DNA of 64,000 nucleotides from Eledone cirrhosa (lineage: Eukaryota). A model generated the notes under the pieces. That model saw only the letters and a program-made list of their open reading frames with translations, searched no databases and was not told the DNA's origin. The translations under genes and the position numbers were made by a program. Shown one piece after another: positions 1 through 13,952 of the stretch (positions are counted from its first letter, which is position 1; each line of letters opens with the position of its first letter). Location: the NCBI GenBank assembly GCA_964016885.1, contig OZ024741.1, positions 263,748,001-263,812,000 on the forward strand, given 5' to 3'.

Positions 1-256
1 TTCTGTCACTCTTTCTTACTTCTTCTCTATGACTCTTACTTCCGCTCTCTATCTCTTTCTCACTTCTTCCCTCTATCTTTCTATCTCTTCCCCCCACTCA
101 CATCTCTCTTTCTCACTCCCCTCTATCACTCTTTCTCCTCGGGAAGAGATCAGCTGTGTTCACACCTGGAGAAGAGATGGGATACGCCAGGTGTAAAAAC
201 TTGCCCCCAAAATGCCGCATTTCATTTCGGCGTCCCTATGACCCCACCAGGAGTTG

Positions 257-341
257 CGCGCACGCACACGCACACGCACACGCACGCGCACGCACACGCA
301 CACGCACACGCACGCGCACGCACACGCACACGCACACACAC
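257..341. repeat. compound (CA)/(CG) microsatellite
   Basis: Alternating cacg/caca units. Confidence 0.9.
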
Positions 342-960
342 ATTTGAACATTTGATCTTAACACATGAACTTCCACTCATACCTTTGTGGGTCTCCCAAT
401 ACGACCTTTGTGGATGCCCAGTACTACCTTTGTGGAGCTCCAGTACCACATTGTCCCTTCCTTTTTCAAGACGATAGGGTTTAATTTGAGGGCGATTGAT
501 CTGTTGTTTCAAATGAGTTGAATAACTACCTAGAGGTATTGTATACCTAGGATTACAGTGTAGTGTCACTTTTTTGAAAGATAGTATAGAGTAAATTGAG
601 GACGATTTTGGCTGCTATTTCTGGAAGGTTGAGCAGTTTCCTAGAGGTATTATGTATCTAGGATTACAGTATTTCTTTTAAATTTGCTATGTATTTTATC
701 GATTTCGTTTTATCGAAACCCTAAATTATGTGACACACACGCACACACACACGCACCCACACGCACACACACACATTCGACTGACTTCCATATGGTCCCT
801 GTCTACCAAATGTCATTCACAAGGAAGGCATTGGTCAAATTTATGGTATCACTCCTCTCGAATACAAAGTGTAATTTGAGGGAGATTTGTCTGCTATTTC
901 TGGCATGTAAAGTGACCACGTACAAGTGTCAGACTTGGGCTTGATGTAGGTTAGGGTTAT

Positions 961-1007
<47 letters not shown>

Positions 1008-1153
1008 TGACAAGTATGTATGTGTGCGTGTGTGTGTGGTATAATGTATCTTTCTATTGTGTTGTATGTTGTGTGTGTTTTATGTAATCACAAGTGTGTG
1101 TGGTATAGTGTGGCGTTGTGTGTGTGTGGTATAATGTATGTTTCTAGTGTGAC

Positions 1154-1237
<84 letters not shown>

Positions 1238-1487
1238 CAGTTTACTTGGCACTCATTAATTGGTGAGGTGACTAAAGAATGATGGAGTGAGGGTGATAGT
1301 AGTACTGGTTGGTGGTAATTGAGATGTTTGAGGTGGTGGCGGTAGTGGTGGTGGCCATGACCTTGATGTAAATAAATGACGTGTGTCTGTATTATATATA
1401 TATATATGTATATGCGTGTGTGTATGTGTGTGTGTGTATGTGTGTATATATAGAGGCACACAGCCTTCGATGCTGAAACGGAGGAGA

Positions 1488-1533
1488 CGACATGAAAAGG
1501 CTTGCTCAACACACAAGCCGAAACCGCTTGGCG
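1488..1533 (+). ncRNA. degenerate hammerhead-like motif
   Basis: cgac-ATGAAAA-GGCTTG(loop)CAAGCC-GAAAC-cgctt-ggcg. Perfect 6-bp stem II followed by GAAAC, but the core differs from CUGANGA at two positions. Confidence 0.25.
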
Positions 1534-1900
1534 CCGCGGTCGGCATTTTATACCCCCCCCCCCATCTGAAATAAGGGTTTAGATCGATATCCAATGATTG
1601 TGTGGGTGTGTGTGTGGGTGTGCGTGTGTGTACACTAGTAATTTTCCGAAATCTCACTAGCACAAGATGTTTTGGCTACCTATATAGCATTGTAATACTG
1701 TGCTACACTCTTACTCAATGATGACTGAAATATATTCCAGAAACAGTATAGTACTGATACAGATTTAGTGGCGGTCTGGTGGTGGTGTTCTGATGTAGCG
1801 GTGTGGTGCAGTAGTGTGGTGGTGGTGATGATTGAACATATTAAGGTTATCAATAAAATTATTACAACAAATATCAACTAATTAACTAACCAATTCAATT

Positions 1901-2120
<220 letters not shown>

Positions 2121-2699
2121 TATATATGTGAATCATACCAAAACAGTAAAAGCTGTACACACTTTTGTATGTAATTTTACAACCGAGATTAAGAACGCAC
2201 ACACGCACATGAAATAGTATAATGTAATGTGGTGTAGTGGCGCAACATTGTAACATAAGCAATCACTTGAACTGTATTGGAAGTGGTGCACTATGGCTTT
2301 GGTGTTGTTAAATGTACATATGGTGCAGTGCAGTTGGCTGTGCATACAGAGTAGTTAGATGTGCATACAAGCTGTTGAAGTGCAATGCAGTGCAGTTTAA
2401 TCTTTGCGCATACAGTGTAGTGTTGTGTGTAGTTAGATGAGCATACAAACTGTTAGTGTAGTGCAGTTGGCTGTGCATGTTGTGTAGTTGGATGAGCATA
2501 CAACTGTTAAAGTGCAATGTAACTTTGGTGCAGTTGGCAGTGCATAGAATGCAGCGTTGTGTTGATGTGCATACAAACTGTTCAGTGCAGTGTAGTTTAG
2601 TCTTGGTGCAGTTAGATGTACATGTAGTATAGTGTTGTGTGTAGTATATTGTGTGGTGCAAATTTGCTGTAGTAAGCTGTAGATGTAGCATAGTAAATA

Positions 2700-2880
2700 A
2701 TTGTTTCTACTTTAGGCACAAGGCCAGCAAATACCCAGTACATTACTGGTACTTTATTTTATCGACCCCGTAAGGATGAAAGGCAAAGTTAACCTCGGCG
2801 GGATTTGAACTCAGACTGTAAAGGGACGTAACTATGCTAGAAAGCATGGCGTCCAACCTTCTACCGATACTGCCAATTCA
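2700..2880 (-). mobile_element. tRNA-derived SINE with Nin/Deu-type core (family A)
   Basis: Reverse complement of the unit containing gagttcaaatcccgcc (B box), tttgcctttcatccttacggggtcgataaaataaagtaccag and the tail ggccttgtgccaaaagtagaaacaattatt. Confidence 0.85.
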
Positions 2881-3082
2881 TAATGTAGCCTTGGTGTAGT
2901 ATGTGGTGTAGTTTAGTATGAGATGTATACTGCAACATTGAACTGTTTAGTGGACACACAAGGTGGAAGATTGGCAGTCGCAAGGCCGCCGGATAAATTT
3001 GTGGCTGTTTTCGTCCTGTGTTCAAATCCCGTTACAGTCTATTTCGCCTTTTATATTTTCGGGGTCAATAAACTACCAGCGA

Positions 3083-3380
3083 ATATGTGCCGCTGGGTCA
3101 GGGGTGACAAGAGAGATAAGTGGTTGTCTTTATTTACTAGTTGCCACACCCTGGATGTGCCGCTGGGTTAAAGATGTCAAGGACAGGTGGTTGTCACACC
3201 ATGGATGTGCCGCTGGGTTAAAGATTTCAAGGACTGGTGGTTGTCTTTAGTTACTAGTTGTAACACCCGAGATGTTCCGCTGGGTTATGGATGGCGAGAC
3301 TAGCAGTCACAGGTGGGATGTGTAAGTCATCTTCTAGCTGACACACCCTAGATGTGCCACAGGGTCATAAGTGGCAGGAG
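3083..3380. repeat. diverged ~50-70 bp tandem repeat (~5 copies)
   Basis: Recurring gatgtgccgctgggtta...ggtggttgtc...ctagttg.cacacc. Confidence 0.75.
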
Positions 3381-3469
3381 CGATAGGAGGCTCTCTTTAT
3401 CTACTCACATCCACCTTAAACCATTAGCAAATGCCTGGTATATACTACCAAATCATCCTTAATTGGGAG

Positions 3470-3626
3470 TGACGGTTGAGGAATGGTTAAGAGGTTGGCG
3501 TTGCAATCTTGAGGTTTCGGGTGCCAATCCTACATCGTGCCATGTTGGACTAGCATAGCCTCGGGTCGACTAAAACTTTGTGAATGAATGAAACTAGACA
3601 GACGGAAATTGTATAGAAACCTGTCA
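3470..3626 (+). mobile_element. tRNA-derived SINE (tail gacggaaa.tg...gaa.cc.gtc), degenerate
   Basis: A-box-like tggttaagagg, degenerate B box, tail cctcgggtcgactaaaactttgtgaatgaa...gacggaaattgtatagaaacctgtc. Related minus-strand copies at ~775-840, ~25300-25505 and 32945-33290. Confidence 0.6.
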
Positions 3627-4599
3627 GAATGACGCGTGATCCACGAAACGGAAGGGGACTTAAGCTTCAAATAAAATTTTAGGGGCGGAGGTTGCGTAGA
3701 AATAAAGTCACTGGCGAAAAAAAATGTCCCAGGAAAAAAATTAAAAGAATGCTTCATTGATTTAATGGTTTCTTTGTGTTATGTTATATTTAACATATTG
3801 GATATAACGTGACCCCCACTCCTCTCTGTTAGTAGAGGTGCCCATTGATATATAGCAGTCGCTCCCCTCTATATCGATTTCTTCTTCTAGAGAGAGAGAG
3901 AGATCAAGCAAAGAATCGGCCCTGCGTATTTGACAGGTACTTTATTTATTGTCCTCGAAAAGATGAGAGGTAAAGTTGATCACGGCATAATTTGAACACA
4001 AGAGCGCAGAGAGCTGGAATGAATACTGAACAAAAGCTTCCAATCTGACGTTCTAACGACTCTGTCAAGTCGCCGCCTCTTATCAGTTATAATTAACCGC
4101 ATTTTACGACTTATAAGACGCTTAGGTGCTTTAGACCCATCCCAGTTTAGAACAAAACAACAAATTACGAAGTTAATTTTACTTCACTGAAACCTAACCT
4201 TATTTCAGGTTGAAATCTTCATTAATTGTGACGATTTCACCACAGACCAAGATAGAGCATTAAATTTAAATGTAATTTTGCGTTTCCTTTCCCTTCATTT
4301 TCTGGGGTTTTTTTTGTTTTTTCTTTTATACAGTTACGTATATATTAAACCTAGTATATATAGTGAGAGATGTATCTCTTCAGAAGAATATAAGATAAGG
4401 TTAGGTTTGATTTATAGGAAGATGAAAACATAATGACAGGTTTAGTTCTCACATGCTGAAGACCTTATTTTAATCTGAAATTCGACTAAGTCGATTAAAT
4501 CGACCCCAGTGCATTACTGGTGCTTTATTTATTTTATCGACTAATAATAATGGTACTTTCATTACCAGGCGGATTATATTGACAGAATAGTTAAAGTGG

Positions 4600-5655
4600 A
4601 AAAATTCTTTCCTCCTATTTATTCTGGCTCTTTCTTTACATTCTGAGTTCAAACCTCACTGAGATCAACTTTGCCTTTCATCATTTTGAGGTCGATAAAA
4701 ATAAAAATCGAGTTTTTCTTGTCCCCAAATTGCTAGTTTTGTGCCTAAATTAGAAATCATTATTAGTCATAGCAAAGGGCGGTGGATTGGTTATAATCGG
4801 TAGAGCATCGGGCAACACGCTTTGCGGCATATAGTTACGATCCTTGACGTTCTGAGTTCAAATCCCGCTGAGGTTAGCTTTGTCTTTCATTCTTACGAGG
4901 TAGATAAAATAAAGTACCACTATCGTACTGGGATCGATTTAATTGATTTTCCCCTCCCCTAAAATTGTTGGCCTTGTGCCTCAACCAGAAACCATTATTA
5001 TTTAGGGGCAGTGGATTGGCCGGTAGAGCGTCGGGCAACGCTTTACAGCATGTAGTTACGACCCTTAACGTTCTGAGTTCAAATCCCGCCGAGGTTAGCT
5101 TTGTCTTTCATCCTGACAGTTGATAAAACAAAGTACCAGTAACGCACTGAGGTCGTTAATCGACCTCCCTCTCCCCCACACACAAACAAGGAAAGTTGGC
5201 CTTATGCCTAAATCACAAAGCATTATTATTGTGGATTGGCAGTATCGGTAGAGGGTCGGACGCCATGCTTTGACGCATAGTTACCTCCCTGTACGATCTG
5301 AGTTCAAATCCCGCCGAGGTTAACTTTGCCTTTCATCCTTCCGGGGTCGATAAAATAAAGTACCAGTAATACACTGGGTCATTGCTGGCCTTGTGCCTAA
5401 AGTAGAAACAATTATTATTAATAGCATAAGGGCGGTGGTTTGGCAGTATCGGTAGAGCGTCAGACACCATGTTTTGCAGCATAGTTATGGCCCTTTGCGT
5501 TCTGAGTTCAAATCCGCCGAGGTTAACTTTGCCTTTCATCCTTACGAGGTCCATAAAATAAAGTACCAGTAATGCACTGGGGTAATCGCTGGCCTTGTGC
5601 CAAAAGTAGAAACTCTCTGGCCTTGTGCCAATAGTAGAAACAATTATTATTAATA
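4600..5655 (+). mobile_element. head-to-tail array of ~5 family A SINEs
   Basis: Units start near 4600 (partial), 4778, 5005, 5231 and 5430. The complete units show ggcggtggattggcagtatcggtagagc...ttctgagttcaaatccc, the Nin core and an attatt tail. Confidence 0.9.
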
Positions 5656-5979
5656 GCATTTAAACGAAATGTGATATTTTCCCTGCTTATTATATTTCCG
5701 ATTTACCCTCCCGACAAATTCTAAATTAGAAATCATTATATAATGAGTAGGTTTTTCCCGCCAGTAGACAACCAAACGTTTGCACTCTGCCCCCACACCC
5801 ATTAACAGACAGCTGGTTTATTGAGAAAAAAATCGCTTCAGAAATGTCCACCACCCCCTTGCATCTCACTCACTCTCTCTTTCTTCACCGCCCCTCTCTC
5901 ATATATTCACTTATGCTTTTTATTTTTCACGGAGTCTTTTCCTTCGCACACTCACATTCGCACTATACATAAAACCTAG

Positions 5980-6163
<184 letters not shown>

Positions 6164-6652
6164 AAAAATAGATTATCATACACAGTTACCAACACACACG
6201 CTGCACGTTATACAAACAGATTGTCTTTGCTCTATCACACACACACACACACAAAATTGTACGTGGTTAACACACACGGCGGTGCGCGGTTAACGCACAC
6301 GCGCACACTCTCTCTCTCTCTCTCTCTCTCTGCCGCCCTTTATTTTACACTCATTTGCACTCACTGGCTCAGCTCTACATTTCTTCTTCCTCCCTCTCTT
6401 CTAAACACCTATATTTCCACTTTCTCTTTGCTTGGCTTTTCAACCCCCCCCCCCCTTATATAACTACTCTCTTCTAACTGTCCCACATCGCCCCCCCCCT
6501 CTCTACACTTTGGCTCTATTCATCTCTCTGCACTCATCTGTCTCTCTCTCACTGCACTCATCTGTCTCTCTACTCATATCTCCCCTATTCAGTTATATAA
6601 ACATTACAAATGTTTTTCTGTTGTCCTTTTATTATTTTTTTCTGTTGCTTCC

Positions 6653-6810
6653 TTATTATCGACCCCGTAAGGATGAAAGGGAAAGTTAACCTCTCAATCC
6701 CGCCGAGGTTAACTTTGCCTTTCATCCTTACGGGGTCGATAAAATAAAGTACCAGTAATGTAATGAGAAAATTGCTGGCCTTGTGCCAAATGTAGAAACA
6801 ATTATTTTAT
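6653..6810. mobile_element. head-to-head pair of family A SINE cores forming a hairpin
   Basis: tatcgaccccgtaaggatgaaagggaaagttaacctc, an 11-nt spacer, then gaggttaactttgcctttcatccttacggggtcgata. Confidence 0.8.
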
Positions 6811-7899
6811 GAAGGTTATTTGCCCCTTAGGGTGTTGAAGCCGTAATAGTAAGGCCGTGGGTTTAATTCCTTGACTTAGCAGCACATATCATTTCATGTT
6901 TCTTGCCCCTACCCCATCATTTAAAGCACTCAAGAAATGTCCATCATGTGAGAGACAACCTCTGTCACACAAGATAAAATATAAGAAGCTTAAGTAAATC
7001 TATTCCACATGTCACCATAAATGTAACTTAAGGGTCAGTCCACTTTGTAGTCATGCCTCACGGGATGGAGAAGACACTGCCCTCTGAGGGTGGTGAGGTA
7101 GCGGTGTTGGAACAGCCAGCCACTCCACCTTGCAAGGCCTGCATTTCGAGTAGCCAACTTCACTCCAGTAACAGTGAGTGGTGGTGGTGGGGGGCTAGAC
7201 TGAATTACACTAAGGCTCCTATCATTAAAACCTATGATATACAGCCCCATAAGAGGCCAGCTAAACCTATATAGGTGTGAGCTGTAAATTTTATTTAGCT
7301 TTTTCTCTTTTATTTATTTATCCTTTTTACTTTGTTCCCCCTTTACCCTTCTTTCCCTCTTCTGTCTTTTTTTTTACAGAGACTAGAAACGGCTTCTTCT
7401 CTTTTACTACCCCCCTTTTTTCTACCATCTTATGATGTCCCCCTTACCTCACCTTCAACGTTTTATATTTTATATCAATCCCTTACCATTCATCTTCTCT
7501 ATTTTTCTCTTTGTTGTTATTCTACTCCCTCCCTCCCCTTTTTCCTAATTGTCTGTGGCCTGTTTCTCCTCCTACCCCACCCTCCTGACATCCTATTGGT
7601 TTTCTCATCTTCTCCAGCAATATAAACACTCACCTCCCCATATCCCTATCTATACATGATTAAAAAATATTTCTATGGAATAATATCGATCAAGTGTTTA
7701 TTTTTTATTTTAACATAGGCACAAGACTGGATATTTTGTGTGGGTGGGGAAACAGTATTTGAAATCTCCAGTACTTGGTTGGTTCTCTATTTTATTGGCC
7801 GTTCGCCTCCCTCCCTCCCCTTAGAATGAAGAAAAGTAAAGTTGACCTAAGGCTAGATATTTAGGTGGGGGACTTTGTAAGAGGTCAGATTAAACTTCA

Positions 7900-8256
7900 T
7901 ACTCTCTGGTCTTGAATAATCGCCTTACCTCCGCTTATTAATTTTTCAGATTTTTTTCCAAACCCCTACCGCAGCTTATTAAATTTTGCTAATCTATCTC
8001 TGGCGAAATTTTATATTTTAAGTGGTAGCATTCCTGCGACAATTAATTTTCTTTAGACATTAAAAACATTATATATGACAAAAAGAAAGTGCATTACAAA
8101 GAATTCTTATAGTTATAAAATAAATAGGATAGGTTGGGGCCTCAATGTGTAAACTAAACGACTAATTCAGGTTTTTAAAAAAGATAAGAGACAACCTAGA
8201 AAAATTACCGATTCTGCCTACCCCCACCCCCTCGTATTATTTGGAATCTAAGAGTA
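7900..8256. mobile_element. putative old Tc1/mariner-pogo-type MITE
   Basis: Imperfect termini TA-ctctctggtcttgaataat ... attatttggaatctaagag-TA around an AT-rich interior. Confidence 0.4.
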
Positions 8257-8621
8257 GGTTCCGAGCTGTAACAGCAAGTTCACTGGTATATATTGTATTC
8301 TGTTATTGTTTTACTGGTTACAGCCAGTAAACTGCAACCTTGGTGGGGAATCACCTTTAGTCAATCTTATTGATCTCGGTTCTTAATTTTATCGATCTCT
8401 TATTTTGTTGAATGCTCTGTTATGGGGCATCAGCTAGGCAGAATGTCTTACAGTGTTTGTTCCAGGTCTCTGTGCTCTAAATTCACATCTCCCCATGATC
8501 GACTTCATCCTTTTGAGATTGATAAATATTTTCCCAATCAAATACTGAAAGTACTGGGTGTAATTCTTCCCTCTTGTCCCCCTCCCCCCTTGGAAGAACC
8601 ATCTGTGAAAAATCTGGCAGT

Positions 8622-8663
<42 letters not shown>

Positions 8664-8927
8664 CCTTTTCCTCCTTCAAGTGTGAAACTAATACACCTAA
8701 TATTATTGCATCCTCTTGTTTGCTTTTTACTTCCTTAATATATATATAGATGGCCAACTGAATAAGCACGTGTATGTTTTTTTCTCATTTTCCACGTTCA
8801 TTCCTCTCACCACTCTTTACTTTCCATTTATCTTCTATTTCTAACTATCTTCGGAGGAACAACTAGTGTTCGAAACGTTCAGACTCTCTTCCTGCTAGTT
8901 CAAGCATTAAACTAATATATTTCTTCC

Positions 8928-9205
8928 ATGTGGCTTAGTGGTAAGGGTGTTGGACTTACAATCATAATGTCGTGGATTCGATTCCTGGGTTGGGTTGTGT
9001 GTTGTGTTCTTGAACAAAACACTTAATTTCATGTTGCTCCAGTATACTCAGCTGAAAATGAGTACCAGCAATAACTGGGGTTTAATCCTGCGAGTTACTG
9101 GCATCCTGCCCATGGAGTGAGGTAGGGGTGGGGCCTTGTACTCCCAGCTGCTTCATGCCATGAAACCAGGATAAGCACCGGCCCAACGCGCTGCTTGTAG
9201 TGCAT
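8928..9205 (+). mobile_element. tRNA-derived SINE (family B)
   Basis: A box gtggcttagtggt, B box ggattcgattcc, core tgtgttcttgaacaaaacactt...cagtatactcagctgaaaatgagtacc. Related segments at ~15400-15670 and 34073-34340. Confidence 0.75.
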
Positions 9206-9252
9206 GAGGGCATGCATGTACTGTGGTGTTTGTTTTGTTATTTTTGTTATTA

Positions 9253-9354
<102 letters not shown>

Positions 9355-9610
9355 TAGCTGTTTGTTTAAGCTTGACCATTGAGTTTATATGAATTAATAT
9401 GTACACCCTACTTTTTTTTAATAATGGAGTACTAGGTTATTTAACTAGTAACATCAAATCCACACAATCACACATACACACAATCACACACACACATACG
9501 CAGGCATGCCACTGGCATATCTCTAAGGGGTTTTGTATCTGATTTTCTATGCTATTATATATATAGTGATTGACTGTTAGTTATTTTCTGCATTTGGGGA
9601 TCTCATATTG

Positions 9611-9657
<47 letters not shown>

Positions 9658-10096
9658 TAAATAAACGAAAGTATAGAAATTATTGCAGCAAGAAGCCAAC
9701 AGTATTCCATAATATATGTGACTATAATAAATATATATATATATATATATAATCAAATATCTCTCTCTCTCATGTTGAACAATGAAAACAAAAGGTGAAG
9801 TTTAGTGCTTAATGAGTGACAGGGAAAGAGAACTGCATTCCTGGTGTCTGCTGCACACTAGCTTGCATGAGTGCTATAGGTAAGGGGGGGGGGGATACGG
9901 TGTGTGTGTGAGAGAATATCATACAGTCTATAATGTTGAGAAAGGAGGAGGGGGAGATAATGTAATAACCACAACTGTTTTGTTGTGAAAATGTTGCAAT
10001 TAACTGACATATATATGGTCTATAACTGTGCCTTTGTGTGTATATATATATAGCGTCAGTCTATAACAGTCTTTGTGTGTATATATATGTCTATAA

Positions 10097-10173
<77 letters not shown>

Positions 10174-10210
10174 AAAGAATAGAGGTGTAACACACGAGTT
10201 GTGATATATT

Positions 10211-10516
10211 GGTAAACGGAAAAGAAAATGCTGACAAATTGTTCACAGTGAAAAATAGTTTAATTAGGAATAAGTAAAAATTAGTAATAAGTATTGGTTA
10301 GTATTCAGTTTTGGTTTTAAGTTTTACCGGTTGCGCATTTCTAATGCTTTTCAAAAATAATTTTGAGATAGAGCGCCCGTGATGATTGCTCTAATCAACC
10401 GGTAAAACTTAAAACCAAAACTGAATACTAACCAATACTTATTACTAATTTTCACTTATTCCTAATTAAACTATTTTTCACTGAACAATTTGTCAGCATT
10501 TTCTTTTCCGTTTACC
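10211..10516. repeat. long inverted repeat (~122-bp arms, 62-bp spacer) between (TA)n tracts; probable Penelope-like foldback remnant
   Basis: 10211-10333 is the near-perfect reverse complement of 10396-10516 (one 2-bp indel, one mismatch). Confidence 0.85.
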
Positions 10517-10548
<32 letters not shown>

Positions 10549-10632
10549 ATAACTGTCTTTGTGTATATATGTGTGAATATATCATATTGCTCTTTATGTG
10601 TAGGTATATGTGTATAAATATATAATATACAG

Positions 10633-10684
<52 letters not shown>

Positions 10685-11427
10685 CTATATCATGCAATAC
10701 ACATAAAATATCATTCATTCTACTCCTGCCTCTAGGCCACCCTTTAGCTATAGCTCTGTCCCACTCACCAACATCACCACCTGTATCATGCTTCAGTCTC
10801 ATATACATACATACATACTCTCTTTGTCTTTACTCTCCCCCTCCACTACATGCCTTCTCCTTTCTCTCTCTTTCTGACACATATTTGACGTCTTCTCTCT
10901 CCCCCCCTCTCTCCTCCTACCTCTCTTTCTCCCCCTCTCTCTACTATACATTCATACATACTGTTCATCCATCACATAAACACATCATTCTTATCTACCC
11001 CTCTCTTCCCCCTACTAAACACACACACACAATAATTTTAAAGACGGGTCTCTTGGAGAATGCAGTTTCTGGTACACAAAACGATGTGATGGTCACAATT
11101 GGAATGCCTTTGATCATAGGTCTGCCTTGATCAAGGCCTACCCTAGCCTGAACAACTGTTTGTGTGCCTTATCCCCCCCCCCCTATCTCTCTCTCTCTCA
11201 TCATATACACACACATACACCTACATACACACACACACCTCTTTTGTAATCTTTAATACTTTGTATTCTCAAGTAGGAATAAAGTGCTATTTACTTTGGG
11301 ATTGATTGATAATTGTATCAACCTTTTTTTTTTATATATACCAATCCACCTGAAACAGCCTCTCATTCTATGATACTAAAATATTTCATCATAATTTTAT
11401 GTATATTCTATAAACACTAGCTTAATT

Positions 11428-11645
11428 GTTTCTGATTTAGACACAAGACCAACACATTTTGGAGGAGGGGGAAAGTCGATGAGATCGAGCCCAGTGCATT
11501 ACTGGTGCCTTTATTTTATTGACCCTGTAAGGATGAAAAGCAAAGCTAACCTCAGCATTATTTGAACTCAGATCATAAAGGGCTGTAACCTTTTGTTGCA
11601 TGGTGCTCGACGTTCTACCAATACTGTCAATCCACCACCACCCTT
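11428..11645 (-). mobile_element. family A SINE
   Basis: Reverse-complement Nin core and B box (atttgaactcag). Confidence 0.75.
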
Positions 11646-11833
11646 ACACCAGCTTAATGAGAAATGGTGCTAATGGCAGGGATATAAATGGCACTAACTA
11701 GAGACATGACCTATTTTTTTTTTTTTTTAAATCTTTTAGTCAGTAGGAATGATTTCAATGCCTCTAGCACTGATAGGAGGGCAGGGCTATCTTAAACCTG
11801 AACAGAACAATAGCTGAAGGTGTTCCACAGCTG

Positions 11834-12082
11834 GATGGTGGTGTTAAACCAGGCAATGGTTAGCAGGACAGTGGGACCTTGGTTGATGGTATCCAACAAC
11901 TGAATGGTGGTGTTAAACCAGGCAATGGTTAGCAGGAGAGTGGAACCTTGGCTGATGGTGGTGTTAAACCAGGCAATGGTTAGCAGGAGAGTGGAACCTT
12001 GGCTGATGGTGGTGTTAAACCAGGCAATGGTTAGCAGGAGAGTGGAACCTTGGCTGATGGTCGTGTTATACCAAGCAATGGG
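11834..12082. repeat. 51-bp minisatellite (~4.5 copies)
   Basis: Unit atggtggtgttaaaccaggcaatggttagcaggagagtggaaccttggctg. Confidence 0.9.
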
Positions 12083-13482
12083 CCACCATTTGCTCATTAT
12101 AGTGAGAGATGGAGACAGTGACTAAGAGTTTGGTTCCTTTGTCTTCAACTAAAGTTGATTTTGAACTTAGAATGCAAACTGTCAGAACAAACACCACAAA
12201 GCACCTTGCCTGCTTAAAAAAACCCAACAAAAACCTGCCAATCTTTGGACAGTTATTTAAAGTAATGCTTAGTAACCCAATTAATTTGTTTGTAAGGCAG
12301 GTTAGAGCGAGGAAGTATTAGTGGGGACTGGCACTGCCTTAAGATTGCCCCCCCCCCCCCCCCCCCCCCCCCCACACACACAGGTATGGTTTCCTGCTGT
12401 CTTCTATCAGTCTTTTGAAGGGAGCAGAGGTGATAGTGGGGATATGAATGTAACAACTAGAAGGGAACAAAGAACTTGACAATTGTAACTGTGTCAAGAA
12501 ATAGTGAAACTGCACCTGTTGATAGTTAGATGGATTAGGCTGTTACAATACCCTGCTCCAAGAAAGAGAGAGGGAGAAGTAGATTGCTGTGTGTGTGTTC
12601 TGTACTCTGTTAAAACAAAAAGCTGAAGATTTCACACAAAGCAAGTGAATGTGCTTGGATAAAAGATTGTGTACTATGGTTATTGCATTTCAACTATATA
12701 GGATTTCTTGAAATTAATAATAATAATAATAATAATAATGAATAAATAGCCCCCTCACACGCTTCTCTCTCTCTCTCTAAACCCCCCCCCCCCCCTTCTC
12801 TTCCCCCATCTCTCTCTCAAATTGCTGTTTGGACATGTAGTAGAGACTGACATACAATACTGACCAACTAAATAGGTAATGTATATTTAGATATAGCTAG
12901 GTCTGTCTCTGGCTGCTACTCCCACATATGTATGTGTATGTGCGCGCGCGCGCGCACTCATACACACACACCTTTTAACAATACCAGCTAGTTGTGTACT
13001 GTGTGAGTGGAGAGAGAGAGAGAACTACATTTTAGCCATGGGTTTCCAGTCAACTCTCAGGATAGTTTCTGTTGTCAGTTGGCCAACTTATCTGTAGGGT
13101 ACAGAAAAATCTGTCCTACTCTCCACCTCTTTCACCCTGTTTCCTTTGCTCCTATCAGATATTGCCCCTTTCTGTGTGTGTATGCACAAACAGTTCATAA
13201 ACATACATAACTGATAGTTTTTATATATCGATGGTTAAAAACACACCACCTATTGATGGACCCCAGAGAAATATATATAATGGCTAATTTAATAAACTTA
13301 TACACAACTTCAAATGGCCTTATGACCTTCACTATATTTACAGCCACTGTACTTGCTATTAACTAATATGCCTGTACTCTGAACATAGCGATGCAGTTTC
13401 ATTACTGCAACCTTATTGATTTGTTGAGTGAGTGAGTCATGGCCGGAGATCGCTGAAATAATATCAGTGACTTTCGTAAACC

Positions 13483-13520
<38 letters not shown>

Positions 13521-13780
13521 TGTGAGAGAGAGAGACCGAGATCTTTGGTGTTATGCGCTAATACAGAAGACTTGACCTCTCACAGGCACAGACCAAAGGT
13601 GAAGCATATACACAGTATGCACCACTCCATCCCACCTTCTCATACATCTCTCCCGAGAACAGGCTGAAACACTGTAAAGTGGTTGTGGAGGTATCCAAGC
13701 CCAAAATCAGTTCTGTATGAGCAAGGCATGGTCAACAATTGAGCATTGTTTTCCTTGGCATTTTATCTTCAGATATCCTG

Positions 13781-13952
<172 letters not shown>

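Noticed and set aside
4096-4150. Possible pogo-type terminal repeat (ccgcattttacgacttataagacgc)
   Set aside because: No matching opposite end found.
4778-5520. tRNA genes suggested by A/B boxes
   Set aside because: They are SINE heads continuing into the Nin core; no cloverleaf could be formed.
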